Positions 52,986 through 63,916 of a stretch of 64,000 nucleotides of DNA are shown here, in pieces. Position 1 is the stretch's first letter. Each line of letters begins with the position of its first letter. The notes under the pieces were generated by a model. That model was not told the origin of the DNA and did not search any database. It saw only the letters and a program-made list of their open reading frames with translations. Location of the stretch: the NCBI GenBank assembly GCA_000004985.1, contig GG738872.1; one strand, written 5' to 3'. This DNA comes from Naegleria gruberi. Its lineage: Eukaryota. Both the position numbers and the translations under genes were made by a program.

Positions 52986-54263
52986 TTGTACCTTATTGAA
53001 ATCAAAAAAATTAAAATTGTTATCATCATGGAATATGAAGAAGGCAAAGTTGACATCTTTGCCACCACTGAAGAGGTATCTGATGTGCACTCATTCTTAG
53101 ACTTGTTAGGTTACTCAAATCTAGACTTGCAACAGGCTAACACCCTACCACTAGTAGAACACAACCTCAATGGTCCACCTACCAACCAACCTCAACCAGC
53201 CAACCAAGGCTTTGATAACCTTGTTCAATCATCTGATCCGAACTCTCTTTTGCATCAAGCAAATGATACCAACATGAATCAACATTTGAATTATCAATCC
53301 AACTATCCTTCACTCAATCAAACTCCATCTCTTAATTTCAATCAAGGCCTTCAACAACCAAACAATTCCTTCCAACACTGCTATCCATTATTTAATGAAT
53401 CTCCTCCAGCACTATTCAATCAAGGCTTCCATCCTCCAATAATGACCAATCCTTTCATGGAAGAACACAATGTTGAACATATCATCATCATGTTGACACA
53501 ATTGAATTCTCTTATTGATAGTTGTAAGAATGCTCCTATTAATCAATCCATGAAGGAAAGACTTTGTTATCAATTAGAAATCATCCAAAATAATTCTAAG
53601 GATATGTTGCTTAAACTTAATTCTCAACCAATCATTGATATAGAGGCTCTAACAAAGAATTGGAAACTCAGAGAAGCCACTGGAAATATTCCTGCTGGAC
53701 CAAAGAGAAAACAATACGATGAAATAATGGAGAGTCATAGCAAGACTCTGTCTACACTCCAAAGACAAGAGAAGGCACAGGCCATAGCCAAGATCTGGAA
53801 GGAGGTGAAGTACCATATTGCTCTCTCTGAAAAAACCTTACTCTCTCCTGAAAGTGGTATTATAAATTATTTAGGCTATTGTAAATCCGAATCATTCGAT
53901 CCGTTTACTAAAAGAATTGATGGCGTTCATGTCAATCCTGACACCTACAATTCCTGGTTGATTTGGCTTGTAGAATCCCACATTAATAATAAGACTTACA
54001 AGTTCGGCTCTGTACAAAGATATTATACTGCAGCAAAGGCATGGTGTACTAGACATAACATTAAATGGCCAACCGATACTAAGAGTTACGACTCAATCAT
54101 GACACTCAAGGCTTCTTCAAATCTGTTAGAAACTGAAGAATCAAGAACATCAATTCTCCCACCTGTAGATATTTATACCGAGGTCAATAAGGAAAGAAAA
54201 GAGGGTAATGAGGTAAAGAGAAAGAGAAATGATGAGGAATTTGTTGTTTCAAAAAAGAAATAA
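52986..54263 (+). CDS. Q/N/P-rich nuclear-type protein. Its C-terminal about 150 aa resemble the N-terminal SAM-like DNA-binding domain of tyrosine recombinases (ALOG / DIRS1-Crypton-like). Likely start at ATG 53028 (MEYEEGKV).
   Basis: C-terminal region: LSPESGIINYLGYC ... NPDTYNSWLIWLVESHINNKTYKFGSVQRYYTAAKAWCTRHNIKWP. The pattern T/S-h-x-x-Y-x-x-x-h-x-x-a-x-x-W is typical of integrase N-terminal core-binding domains. There is no catalytic RHRY domain. Confidence 0.45.
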   Translation: MYLIEIKKIKIVIIMEYEEGKVDIFATTEEVSDVHSFLDLLGYSNLDLQQANTLPLVEHNLNGPPTNQPQPANQGFDNLVQSSDPNSLLHQANDTNMNQHLNYQSNYPSLNQTPSLNFNQGLQQPNNSFQHCYPLFNESPPALFNQGFHPPIMTNPFMEEHNVEHIIIMLTQLNSLIDSCKNAPINQSMKERLCYQLEIIQNNSKDMLLKLNSQPIIDIEALTKNWKLREATGNIPAGPKRKQYDEIMESHSKTLSTLQRQEKAQAIAKIWKEVKYHIALSEKTLLSPESGIINYLGYCKSESFDPFTKRIDGVHVNPDTYNSWLIWLVESHINNKTYKFGSVQRYYTAAKAWCTRHNIKWPTDTKSYDSIMTLKASSNLLETEESRTSILPPVDIYTEVNKERKEGNEVKRKRNDEEFVVSKKK

Positions 54264-54487
54264 ATTTATTTGCCAATTAAAAATTACTCTTCAATTTTTA
54301 TGCAATTTTCATCATTAATTAAGGGAGACTTAGATTGCAATTAAATTACTCTTCACAGATAATGTAGTGAAAGATATTAGAAATGTGTCAAATCCATTTA
54401 TAGTAAAATTGACATTTCTTGTCAAGCTGCCATAAAAACCTATATTTGATAATTTTTATGTTTTATTATGATTGCAATGACAGAATT

Positions 54488-54925
54488 TTAATTTCTTGGC
54501 TTTTCCTTCTTTCCTTTGTAAAGGGCCAAGAGGGAGACACCAGCAACTTTGACGACCTTGAAACGGACTCCCGGAATATCACCAACAGAGTGACCAGCTC
54601 TACCGAAACCAGAAACCAAAACTTCATCGTTTTCTTCGAGGAAGAGCAAACAACCGTCGTTTGGAACGAAAGCAGTGATCTTCTTACCATTCTTGACCAA
54701 TTGGACTCTGACACACTTACGAATAGCAGAGTTAGGTTGTTTGGCTTCAACACCGACCTTTTCAAGGATGATACCCTTAGCATGGGAAGCACCAGCGAAT
54801 GGGTTAGACTTGACCAAAGTACCTAAAGCGATCTTCTTATAGTCAATATCAGCCCATCTGGAATCTCTTCTGTTAGCCTTGATCTTTCTAGCGGCTTTAA
54901 TACCTCTTGGTTTACCTGAGCCCAT
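54488..54925 (-). CDS. RPS23: 40S ribosomal protein S23 (uS12), intronless
   Basis: 145-aa ORF, near-identical to eukaryotic RPS23 along its whole length ([38 protein letters not shown]...[31 protein letters not shown]). Confidence 0.92.
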   Translation of the reverse strand: MGSGKPRGIKAARKIKANRRDSRWADIDYKKIALGTLVKSNPFAGASHAKGIILEKVGVEAKQPNSAIRKCVRVQLVKNGKKITAFVPNDGCLLFLEENDEVLVSGFGRAGHSVGDIPGVRFKVVKVAGVSLLALYKGKKEKPRN

Positions 54926-55272
54926 CGTGAATTCTAATATGATTGAAATAAATTGTTATGAAGAGGAAGGCGTCAAGATAAGAAGACTGTATGAGGTTGA
55001 ATGCAAACTTACATTTTTGATATTTTTTTTTCAACAAAATTATTAAAAATTTTATCGGTTGATTGGGGATAATTTGGATTTTACAATGAAAAATTTTAAA
55101 AGGCAAAGCAGTAAATATCGAGATGAACAAGAAAAACCAAGAAATTAAAATGCATTTGATACACCTCTAGATTGAATGTTATTGATACACTCACCAATTA
55201 TTAGTGACTACAGTGTATCACTGAGGATTTCAAAAAACCATGTTATTAGTTTTTGCAACATCAGACCAATTT

Positions 55273-57312
55273 TTAAAAATCATCATCATATTGAATGGTC
55301 TTCTTCTTTGGAGGAGCTTGTTGTTGTGGTTTCTTAAAAGTAGTAGCAACTGTTGAGGTTTGTTTGCTTGGCTTTACGAGTGGAGAATCATTGAAGAGAG
55401 ACTCACCTCCATCACCTAAAATACCTGCCAACAGATCGTCATCATCGTCAATGAGTTGTTTTCTAGTGGTTGTTGTTGAAGACGGAAGATTTGCTTTCTG
55501 CTGCACTTGTTGTTGTGGAGGAGGTGGTTTAAATGTTGTTGTGGATGCAACTGTTGAGGTTTGTTTGTTTGGAATAGTGGTTGGGGCAGTAATATTTCCA
55601 CTACTACTACTGGATAGAGATGATGTCGATTTAGAACTAAGATTGGATGGAAATAAATCCTCTCCGTCCAATATACCTGCCAATGGATCATCATCATCGT
55701 CATGGAAGAGAACAGTCTTTTTCGGAGGATTAGATGTTGCAGCCGTAGTATTGGAGGAAGACGATTTGGTAGACATCTTATTATTATTAGTAAAGGGATT
55801 ACTTGAGGGAACAACTTGCTTAGTATTGGTAACAGACTTTTGAGAGGAGAGATTACTGATACCACTCAGATTAAGACTAGCTAAGTTGTTGGTGGGAGTA
55901 CTGGTTGCAAGAGGTGGAGTCTTGTTAAATATTGGAGGTGTGAAAGGAGGAACAATAATATTACCTGCTGGTTTTGGAGTTTCCAGTTGCTGCTGGTTGT
56001 CTAGTTGATCACTATTATTGATAAGGGGTGGTGAGGATGGAACAGAGAGGGAATGATTAGAACTATCATCAAAGAGTGGATCATTGAAAGAGTCTTTGAG
56101 TAGGGCAGATTCTTCATCGAGTGGTGATTTTCTTCTCTTTCCTCCACTGTCATTGAGTGAGTTTTGTGAGGATATTGAGTCAACTTTACGCTTGTGAGTA
56201 GAGACAACTTCTGGTGATGCAGCATAGTTGGTTCGAGGTGTTGTGAATGGTTGGGATAAATCCAAATTACTATCATCATCCAAAGTAATTTGAGGTGTTT
56301 CAACTGGTTTAAATTTGGAAGAGAATGGATTGTCTTGTTGTTGAGGAGTGGAAAATGTGGGTGGTTTTGGTTTGATAAAGGTGGTTTTTCCAGTTGTTGG
56401 AGGAGGTTGATGTTGTGAAATAGGTTTTGATTGTTGAACTGGTGGTGGATTAAATTGTTTCATTATTACTGGTTGAGAGGATAGAGTTTCCTCTTCTTCC
56501 TCATCTTTGTGCTGATTCAAAAATCTGGTTGGAGTAAATTCATCCAAACTATCAATATTTCTATCAAAAGTAAATTCATCACCATTTCTTTCATGCTTGT
56601 TCGATCTGTTGTTATCAACAAGCATGGAATTTTCCTCATTTTCACTCACCCAAACCTTGGCAGTATTCTTTTCAGAAATAATCAGGTGAAACTTTAAAGG
56701 TTTAGGACAATATATTTGAATCTTTTTCAATAAAACAACAGTTCCAACAGTCAAAATGTTAGTATTCTTTTCAATGGCTTTTTTAGAAATAGTTCCTTCA
56801 ATTTCAGTATCTGATTCCAATTCTCCAAAAAGAACATGGGCTGATTCATTACTATCATAATGTAATATTTGTCTGATAATTACTGGTAAAAGTGGAATCT
56901 TTTCTTTAGAGGTTGTAGAACGATTATTTTGAATCTTTTCCAATGACGTTAGAAACTTGGTTTGTCCTCTCTGTTCCACAATACTTTTCATTTCTTTCCA
57001 ATTTTCCATTTCATGTAATGTTGGTTTTCTTTGTTTTTTAGCATTCAAAGGTTGTCGTTGTTGTGTTGCTGTCAAGGTGTGGTGATGAGTTAAATGGTTG
57101 GATCCAGAATTACTTCCTCTCAAGAGAAAAGAAATCGGACCAGGAATATCATCACGAGGATTATTTTCATAATTTTCCATAGATACCATTCGTTCTTCAT
57201 TTATATCATCTTCAATCATTCCGAATACTGCATCATGATCCAAAAGACAATGATCAGGATTGTATACGTTGGATTCATAACCCTGCTCTTCGTCATCGTC
57301 TCTATGCGCCAT
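55273..57312 (-). CDS. hypothetical low-complexity protein (679 aa) with a possible OB-fold-like N-terminal module and repeated DDDDDxLAGILG acidic motifs
   Basis: Long ORF. Internal DNA and protein repeat: VLFHDDDDDPLAGILDGEDLFPS and LIDDDDDLLAGILGDGGESLFNDSP. Confidence 0.45.
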   Translation of the reverse strand: MAHRDDDEEQGYESNVYNPDHCLLDHDAVFGMIEDDINEERMVSMENYENNPRDDIPGPISFLLRGSNSGSNHLTHHHTLTATQQRQPLNAKKQRKPTLHEMENWKEMKSIVEQRGQTKFLTSLEKIQNNRSTTSKEKIPLLPVIIRQILHYDSNESAHVLFGELESDTEIEGTISKKAIEKNTNILTVGTVVLLKKIQIYCPKPLKFHLIISEKNTAKVWVSENEENSMLVDNNRSNKHERNGDEFTFDRNIDSLDEFTPTRFLNQHKDEEEEETLSSQPVIMKQFNPPPVQQSKPISQHQPPPTTGKTTFIKPKPPTFSTPQQQDNPFSSKFKPVETPQITLDDDSNLDLSQPFTTPRTNYAASPEVVSTHKRKVDSISSQNSLNDSGGKRRKSPLDEESALLKDSFNDPLFDDSSNHSLSVPSSPPLINNSDQLDNQQQLETPKPAGNIIVPPFTPPIFNKTPPLATSTPTNNLASLNLSGISNLSSQKSVTNTKQVVPSSNPFTNNNKMSTKSSSSNTTAATSNPPKKTVLFHDDDDDPLAGILDGEDLFPSNLSSKSTSSLSSSSSGNITAPTTIPNKQTSTVASTTTFKPPPPQQQVQQKANLPSSTTTTRKQLIDDDDDLLAGILGDGGESLFNDSPLVKPSKQTSTVATTFKKPQQQAPPKKKTIQYDDDF

Positions 57313-57401
57313 TTTTTTTATGTTGGTAAAAATACATTTCCAATGTTTTTTGGAAATGTAATAATATTGAAATTAAATAATTTGAAAACAAAGTAATTTA
57401 T

Positions 57402-58865
57402 TTACTCATTACAATTTGAATAATACTCCTTAACTGAAGAGTGGCTGATAGAACCAGCAAAACATCTTTCTTTGCAATTGTTGTAAAAATTTTCCATCAA
57501 TTCTAGTTCACCATCAATCCATCTAGTATCTATGGTATTGTAAATAATTAACAATTGCATGCAATTATCACTACCTTCTTTGAAATAGGTATCATTAAGC
57601 ATCTGCATAACTTGACCATCTTTCCAAACAAAGATCTGCTCCTCGTTATAACCCCAATATCCAGAAATGAGTTCCAAGCAGATTAATTGATCTAAAACTT
57701 CAATCTTTGATATTGATTCATAGTCAAAGAATCGTTTCAAACTAAGGTGAATAATTTTGGGAAAGGTAGATTTTTTGATATTTTCCAATAAGTTTTTTTC
57801 TATGAGCATGTATCTTTCTTTATCACGCGAAATATGTTCTTCATCTTCTAGAGCAATTGAAAGAAGTTTTAAATTTGGAAAATGGCACCCTTGTAACATG
57901 TCATTTACTTCATTGTACTCCTGTAAAGTAATAACAAGTGACAGGTATTGGAGAGAATTTGAAAAGTTAACTGAAGTGATGGTTGACCAAATTGTGACTG
58001 CAGTAATCGATAAATATTTTTTACAAATCTCCAAATCTTGTTCATTAAACTCATCCAATATTAATCCTAAACATCCTTCTCCTAATTTTTTAGAGCTAAG
58101 TTGTAATGACAACAATGTGTGTTCGTTGTTGTGATAGGACAGATAGTAGCTTTCAACTCTTTTTTCAGAATCAAAGTTGGGGACCATTTCCAAACTCATA
58201 ATGTGAGCCTTATAAACAAATAGTTCATAAACTGAAATTCCAGTTTTTTCTCTTATTTTGAGATATTTGGATTTTGATGTAATCATGTGAGACATTCTTT
58301 CTTCAAAATCAGTTTCAATATTTGACATTACAGTTTTTGCTTCCATCTCGTAGAGATCATTGTAAATGTCAGCCTTAATACATGTATTAGCCATTGAACT
58401 TGCACTACTTTGAATCCCCATTTCAATATTTTCTAAAGTTGTCTGTATAAGTGCCATATTTAAAGCTTCGTGGTCATAAAGATCTCCATATGTAAGGTAC
58501 AGGCCTGAAAAATCTTCAAATCTGGTGAAATAGTTTGTCAATTCTACTAAATTAGAAACATTTAGCCAGAAATTACCAACAACAGTAAAATCTCCAAGAT
58601 TATCAAAATCGGAAACAAATAGTCGATTACGTAAATCTGAACAAATACAACTCAATGAATTAATTCCTTTCAAATTATCAAAATCAAATTTAAATATTTT
58701 AGCTTGAATTTCTCTAAGAGTACGGATGAATAACCATTTTTCAACTTCGTCTTTGTATTTACTGACCGGTCCGAGCAAGTACTCGAAAATATGTGAAAGC
58801 CACAACTCATCCGGCAGCTGACACAGGTGATTCATTTTTTTAAAAGTCTTTTTTTGAAATTGCAC
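57402..58865 (-). CDS. F-box protein with C-terminal LRR/FNIP-like repeats
   Basis: N-terminal LPDELWLSHIFEYL F-box consensus. The remainder is leucine/isoleucine-rich repeats. Confidence 0.5.
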   Translation of the reverse strand: MQFQKKTFKKMNHLCQLPDELWLSHIFEYLLGPVSKYKDEVEKWLFIRTLREIQAKIFKFDFDNLKGINSLSCICSDLRNRLFVSDFDNLGDFTVVGNFWLNVSNLVELTNYFTRFEDFSGLYLTYGDLYDHEALNMALIQTTLENIEMGIQSSASSMANTCIKADIYNDLYEMEAKTVMSNIETDFEERMSHMITSKSKYLKIREKTGISVYELFVYKAHIMSLEMVPNFDSEKRVESYYLSYHNNEHTLLSLQLSSKKLGEGCLGLILDEFNEQDLEICKKYLSITAVTIWSTITSVNFSNSLQYLSLVITLQEYNEVNDMLQGCHFPNLKLLSIALEDEEHISRDKERYMLIEKNLLENIKKSTFPKIIHLSLKRFFDYESISKIEVLDQLICLELISGYWGYNEEQIFVWKDGQVMQMLNDTYFKEGSDNCMQLLIIYNTIDTRWIDGELELMENFYNNCKERCFAGSISHSSVKEYYSNCNE

Positions 58866-58988
58866 ATTGTGTCGATGGATGACATATTATACCTTTATCT
58901 CAATACCTCACTCTACTAATGAATGTCAAGTTGAATTTCTGCTCTTAAATATTCCTCCTCCGACTGTTACCATTAAAACCTTAAAAAA

Positions 58989-60056
58989 ATGAGTCTACAT
59001 GATCGATTGGTAATACCCTTAAGATCCTCTCCAACAAAAGACGCCTCCTCACCAGAGAATTCTAAGAAGAATAAGTTGCAACATCTTCGTGTAAATATAG
59101 TGCCAAAAGAAGGTGAGAGGGCCCGATCTTTTTCTCAGAGTTTTTCTGTGAGTAATCCTCCAAAAGCAAAGTCTTTGAGGAAAAGTTTAGGAACTTCATC
59201 AGTTGCGGATTCACCAATCGGATCACCATTGCTTGCATCGACATCATTATTAGAGTGTTCTTCACCAAGGAGAATATCAATGTCATCAATGAATGCTCGA
59301 CATACTCTAATTGGTTCCTCACCTCTCATGGGAAGATTATTGTTTGAGGATTCTTCTCCAACCAGTTCATCGTGCAGTAGCTTTTCGATGAGTGTAAATA
59401 ATAATATTAAGGATACAGGTTTCTTTGCAAATTTTGAAAAGAAGAATATTTCTTTTGTCACCTCAATGCCACTAAGAAAACTTCGATTTGTAAAATATGA
59501 TTCAGAAGATCCACCGAAGAGGGAAGAGCAATCCAAAGAAAAGAGCTATCCAAGCTTTATTCATGAGGTGTACAAATTTAATGATCTAAAGTTGGATGCT
59601 TGTAAAAACCAATTTAAAGTTAGTAATGAAAATGAGGAAATGATCAGAGATTTTATAGATGACATTCACCACTTAAAGGAACGGGAAGGATTTAATACTA
59701 ATATTTTGGACGTATCAGTTACACGAGAATACTTCTCAGAAAAGAAACTGTCCACAATGGAGGAGCAATTACTGAAAAGTATCAATTCCATTCTATTTCC
59801 AAATATTAAGAGTATTGTGGATAACCCTAATAATTTCATGTCCACTTCAAGAGAAATAGTTGCTGAGCTTCCACTAAAAGTTCCACGATTGAGACTAATT
59901 ATGCAATTATATAATACTGACACTGTGAATGCTCTTTTATTACTAATGACCAGTTGGTGTACAGGTTACAAAGTGAGAAGGTGGTACAAACGATTGAGAA
60001 ATTCATGTATTATTATTCAGAGATGGTGGAGAAGTAATAAGAAACGAAAGAACTAG
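58989..60056 (+). CDS. hypothetical S-rich protein with a C-terminal IQ calmodulin-binding motif
   Basis: IIQRWWRSNKKRKN at the C-terminus. Confidence 0.45.
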   Translation: MSLHDRLVIPLRSSPTKDASSPENSKKNKLQHLRVNIVPKEGERARSFSQSFSVSNPPKAKSLRKSLGTSSVADSPIGSPLLASTSLLECSSPRRISMSSMNARHTLIGSSPLMGRLLFEDSSPTSSSCSSFSMSVNNNIKDTGFFANFEKKNISFVTSMPLRKLRFVKYDSEDPPKREEQSKEKSYPSFIHEVYKFNDLKLDACKNQFKVSNENEEMIRDFIDDIHHLKEREGFNTNILDVSVTREYFSEKKLSTMEEQLLKSINSILFPNIKSIVDNPNNFMSTSREIVAELPLKVPRLRLIMQLYNTDTVNALLLLMTSWCTGYKVRRWYKRLRNSCIIIQRWWRSNKKRKN

Positions 60057-60148
60057 CTACCATCAGCTTATCAGGTAGAATAAATAGTGGTTTTGTTTCA
60101 ACCAACTTATCAATAAAATATTTGATGATGGTGTGAATAATAAAAAAT

Positions 60149-63100
60149 ATGAGCACAACTCCATCACTCCGTGCTAAAATTTCAGCCAAACGAAAAGGAA
60201 GAGCTGCAACATCGGCTTCTTCTGCTGTTAGTAACACAGCCACCAAGCAAGAGTTGGCCTCTAGAGCTGTTATTTCAACATCAGCTCCTCAAGAACAATC
60301 AAGTTATTATCAATTTTCGGAGGCTTTGAAGGCTAATGCCCCTCTTGCTTTTACCATGTTTGAATCTGTTTTAAAGAAGAGAGATGTTAATACAGGAAAT
60401 TGGAAAACAATGTGTATATCTATTGAAGCTATAACGGAAACAATTTACAAACAAAAACAACCACTCCAACCGACATCATTCTATGGAGCAATTCTTAAAA
60501 CACTTGCTTCTTCACAAAGCGATGCTAAAAACTGTGCATCACTTCTTCAACTCTTTTCAATTGTTGTTGAACAGTAAGTTTTTTCAAATTGATACGGATT
60601 TTCTAATAGTTTTAGTATCAAACCTGCTGTTGTACACTCATCATTGGACTTTGTTGGACAAGCAATGACAAATATTCACCAAAGTATGGACAAGTTTGAA
60701 TATGTCACAATTCAACTCGTTCCTCTCCTTCTTCAAATTAATGCAAAATTAGGTGATGTTCCACCACAATCTCCACTTTTCCCAAAGAAACAACAATTAG
60801 AAAAATTAATATTTTCATTCCTTTTTGATACTAGAGTTCAAGTTAGAGAAAAATGTATTCAAACTATCCAACAATTGATGGAAAAGAACCAATTATTCTT
60901 AACTGAGGACGAAATGGTTTCAGTTTATCTTATTGAACAATACCAAACATCAAGTAAGACTAGAAATGCTGAAATTGCAATGTCAGTCATTAAAGGAATT
61001 GGATGTTTGAGTGAAAAATTAGGCGAGAAGAATATAGTAGTAGTATTACAAAAAACTTTGGACATTTTATTGAAGGGAAATTCAAACAATTTACCTGCCA
61101 ATATTTGTGCTGAAATTTATAGAACACTTAAAAACATTTTTGATAACAATAAGAATATTGCCGCCCCTAGTATTGCTAAAGTGATAGATTTCCTTACTGA
61201 AAAAGTTTGTCCAACATTGAAGAGTGATGATCCAAAGAAGGTTATTGCCTACATTGTAATGATGACTCACGCCCACAAATGTCTTCATAGACTTGATAAG
61301 GAACTTTCTGCTAGTAGAGTTCACAAGTTTTTCAAATTAATTTTTGAATCACTTATTTTAGCAAAGAATGAATCAGAAGAAACCAGCTCTGCTGCATTCA
61401 CAAATCTTCAAAACTTGATTTGGAATTGTTTTGATGCTGAACTTTTTAGAGAAAGAAACAAGAATAGCTCAATGGATGATGATGAAGAATCTCCAATGTT
61501 GGCTATTGCTAACACATTGCAAACTGGATTGGATAATACTCATTATGCTAAATATGACTTGATTTCTCAACTTACCTTGGATACTATTTTGAAGATTGGT
61601 TTAGTTAGATCAAGAGGTATCAAAGTTTCATCAATCAACAATTGTGTTTTGGACTTTTTACTCTTTACTAGTGACGTCTTGCAAGATTTACTCAAGAGAG
61701 AATCTGATAAGAAGAAAGAAGGAGCCAGTGCACTTGAACAAACCACACTCAAAAATGCTAGATCTGTCTATTATTTGGAAAAGATTGTTGGATACTGTAT
61801 TCGTGTTTTGGGACCAGCCGAAGCATTCAAGGAAGGAGGTATTACATTTGATGGTTGGGTTTTGAGTATTTTGATCAATCATAAAGTTGATTACTCAAAT
61901 GTTCCTAACATGAAGATTGGACAAAATGATGAACAAGATCTTTCTAAACTTACTGGTATTTGTGTTAATGGACAACTTGCTTATTGGGTTAACGTTCTCT
62001 TACCAATGGCCAAGTCATTCTACGATAAGAGCAAGACTACTGAAGTTGATAGACATGGAAATAATTCCTTCTTGACTTTATATGAAAAGATTTGGGCATT
62101 GTTACCACAATTCTGTAGTTATCCAATCGATTTAGAATCACAATTTTCCACTATTGCTCCACTTTTGGGTGAAATGATCAATAGCAGTGCAAAGGAAGGT
62201 GTTGATTATCAAATCAAGATTGCTTGTTGTAACAGTTTGGCATTGACTATTAACACTTATCACAATATTGCAACAACTGGCAAAATTCCTGACAATATCT
62301 TTGGTTTGAATAAGAATATTTGTGAAAAGGGTCTTCGTGCTGTTGCTAACTTTAACAAACAATTTATTCCAATCCTCTTCAACTTGTATGTCGAACAAAA
62401 CTCTAAAGCCACAACAGCTGATCTTCAAAATGCTGTCGGTAAGGCCATTACTGCCTTCTTCTCAGTTTGTGATCATGCAACTGTTACTGACTACTTCAAG
62501 TTGGTTCTTAAGAAGATTTTAGAAATTAACTCCGAGTCTGATGAAGAGAAATTCTTTGGTTTCTTTGATTTATCTATTACAATGCTTAATTCTGTACCTA
62601 ATTCCTGTCTTGAAATTTATTACAAGTTCCTCATCCCATACCTTAAAATTACTACCAGTACCACACCTAAATTGCAAAAGAAAGCATACAAGGGATTATA
62701 CATTTTACTTTCATCATGGAAGAGAGATTCTGGTGTTGCAATGAAGAGGGAAACTATCGATGAAATTTTAACAATTTTCCAATCTATTGCTGAAATTACC
62801 ATGTCAAAGAAATTCAGAGTCAAGTGTTTCAACCTCTTGGTCACTAAATACCATGACTTGATTTTCAATAATCCACTTTCTACAATAATTATTGGTGAAT
62901 GTATTTTCAATATTGATAACACTGAAAATCAAAAGAGTAGAGATTTATCCATTTCCACTTTGAAGGCCTTTATTGATCCACTCATTGATAACAAATATAC
63001 ACAAGAACAAAAACAATCTAATGTGATAGATTTTGTTGTTAGAAGAGTTTTACCAGGTTTGTGTGGTAAATCAAATTCCATGATTGCTTCTACAATCAAC

Positions 63101-63916
63101 GCATTGTCTGAACTTCTTCCTTCTTACTCTAAATATTTACAACCAATTTTGAAGGATGTTTTCGACTCTGTGACAATTGTTTTACAAGATGAAAATGTTA
63201 AGGTTGTTTCATCATTGATGCAATTCTTCAAGAGATGTGTAACCTTATTCGATAAGGAAACACTCAAACCATACGTATCTCTTTATTTGAATACATTCTT
63301 TAACCATTCTAACGAGAAATCAGGAGGAACCAGTTTGAGAGTACAACTCAGATTCCTTGTCACTAAGCTTTTCAAAAAGTTCAGTTTTGATGAACTGAAG
63401 GATACTGTTACTGAAAAGGAACGTCATCACTTTTTGAAGAATACTTTCAAGAGTATGCACAGAGTAAAGAAGACAAAGAAGGATGGAGAAAAGGAAGAAG
63501 AAATGTCTGATGAAGAACCAGAAAAGAAGGAAGATTCTGAATTTGCTGTCAATAAGGGTAAATTGGTTATTAACGATCTACCAGAAGATGAAGATAAGGA
63601 CTCTGAAGAATCAAAGAAGTTCACCGAAAAGCAAAGAACTGTTGATCTCATTAAGCAATCTATTGCTAGAGGTGCACCAGTTTCAAAGAAGAAGGAACAA
63701 GAACTGAATGCTGACCAACTTTTCTTAGCCAAACTGGAAAAGAGAAAACACAAGAGAGAGACAAAGATTGTCTTTGGTGGAGCCAAAGTGAAAGGTCAAG
63801 GAGCTGTTGATCCTTATGCTTACATTCCACTCGATCCAAGAAGACTTAACAAGAGAGAAAGAAATAAGGAAAGTAATTTCCAAAAATTCGAAAGAATTAC
63901 CAAGAAGAAGAAATAA
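60149..63916 (+). CDS. RRP12: RRP12-like HEAT/ARM-repeat ribosome-biogenesis protein. Two exons: 60149..60573 and 60616..63916.
   Basis: FIPILFNLY matches human RRP12 FLPILFNLY. The C-terminal K/E-rich tail ends ...DPYAYIPLDPRRLNKRERNKE, against human DPYAYIPLNRSKLNRRKK. GTAAGT...TTTTAG intron of 42 nt joins the ORFs in phase. Confidence 0.8.

Noticed and set aside
52724-54516. Interpreting the two RPS23-3'-like direct repeats as target-site duplications or LTRs of an intact mobile element
   Set aside because: The copies are only about 70 nt long and about 75% identical. One is simply the genuine RPS23 stop region. The enclosed segment has no reverse transcriptase, no catalytic recombinase domain and no terminal inverted repeats. 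I keep it only as a hypothesis of past rearrangement.
54419-54826. ORFs 54419..54826(+) and 54466..54792(-) overlapping RPS23
   Set aside because: RPS23 in the 54488..54925 frame matches the universally conserved uS12 sequence end to end. The others are alternative or antisense frames.
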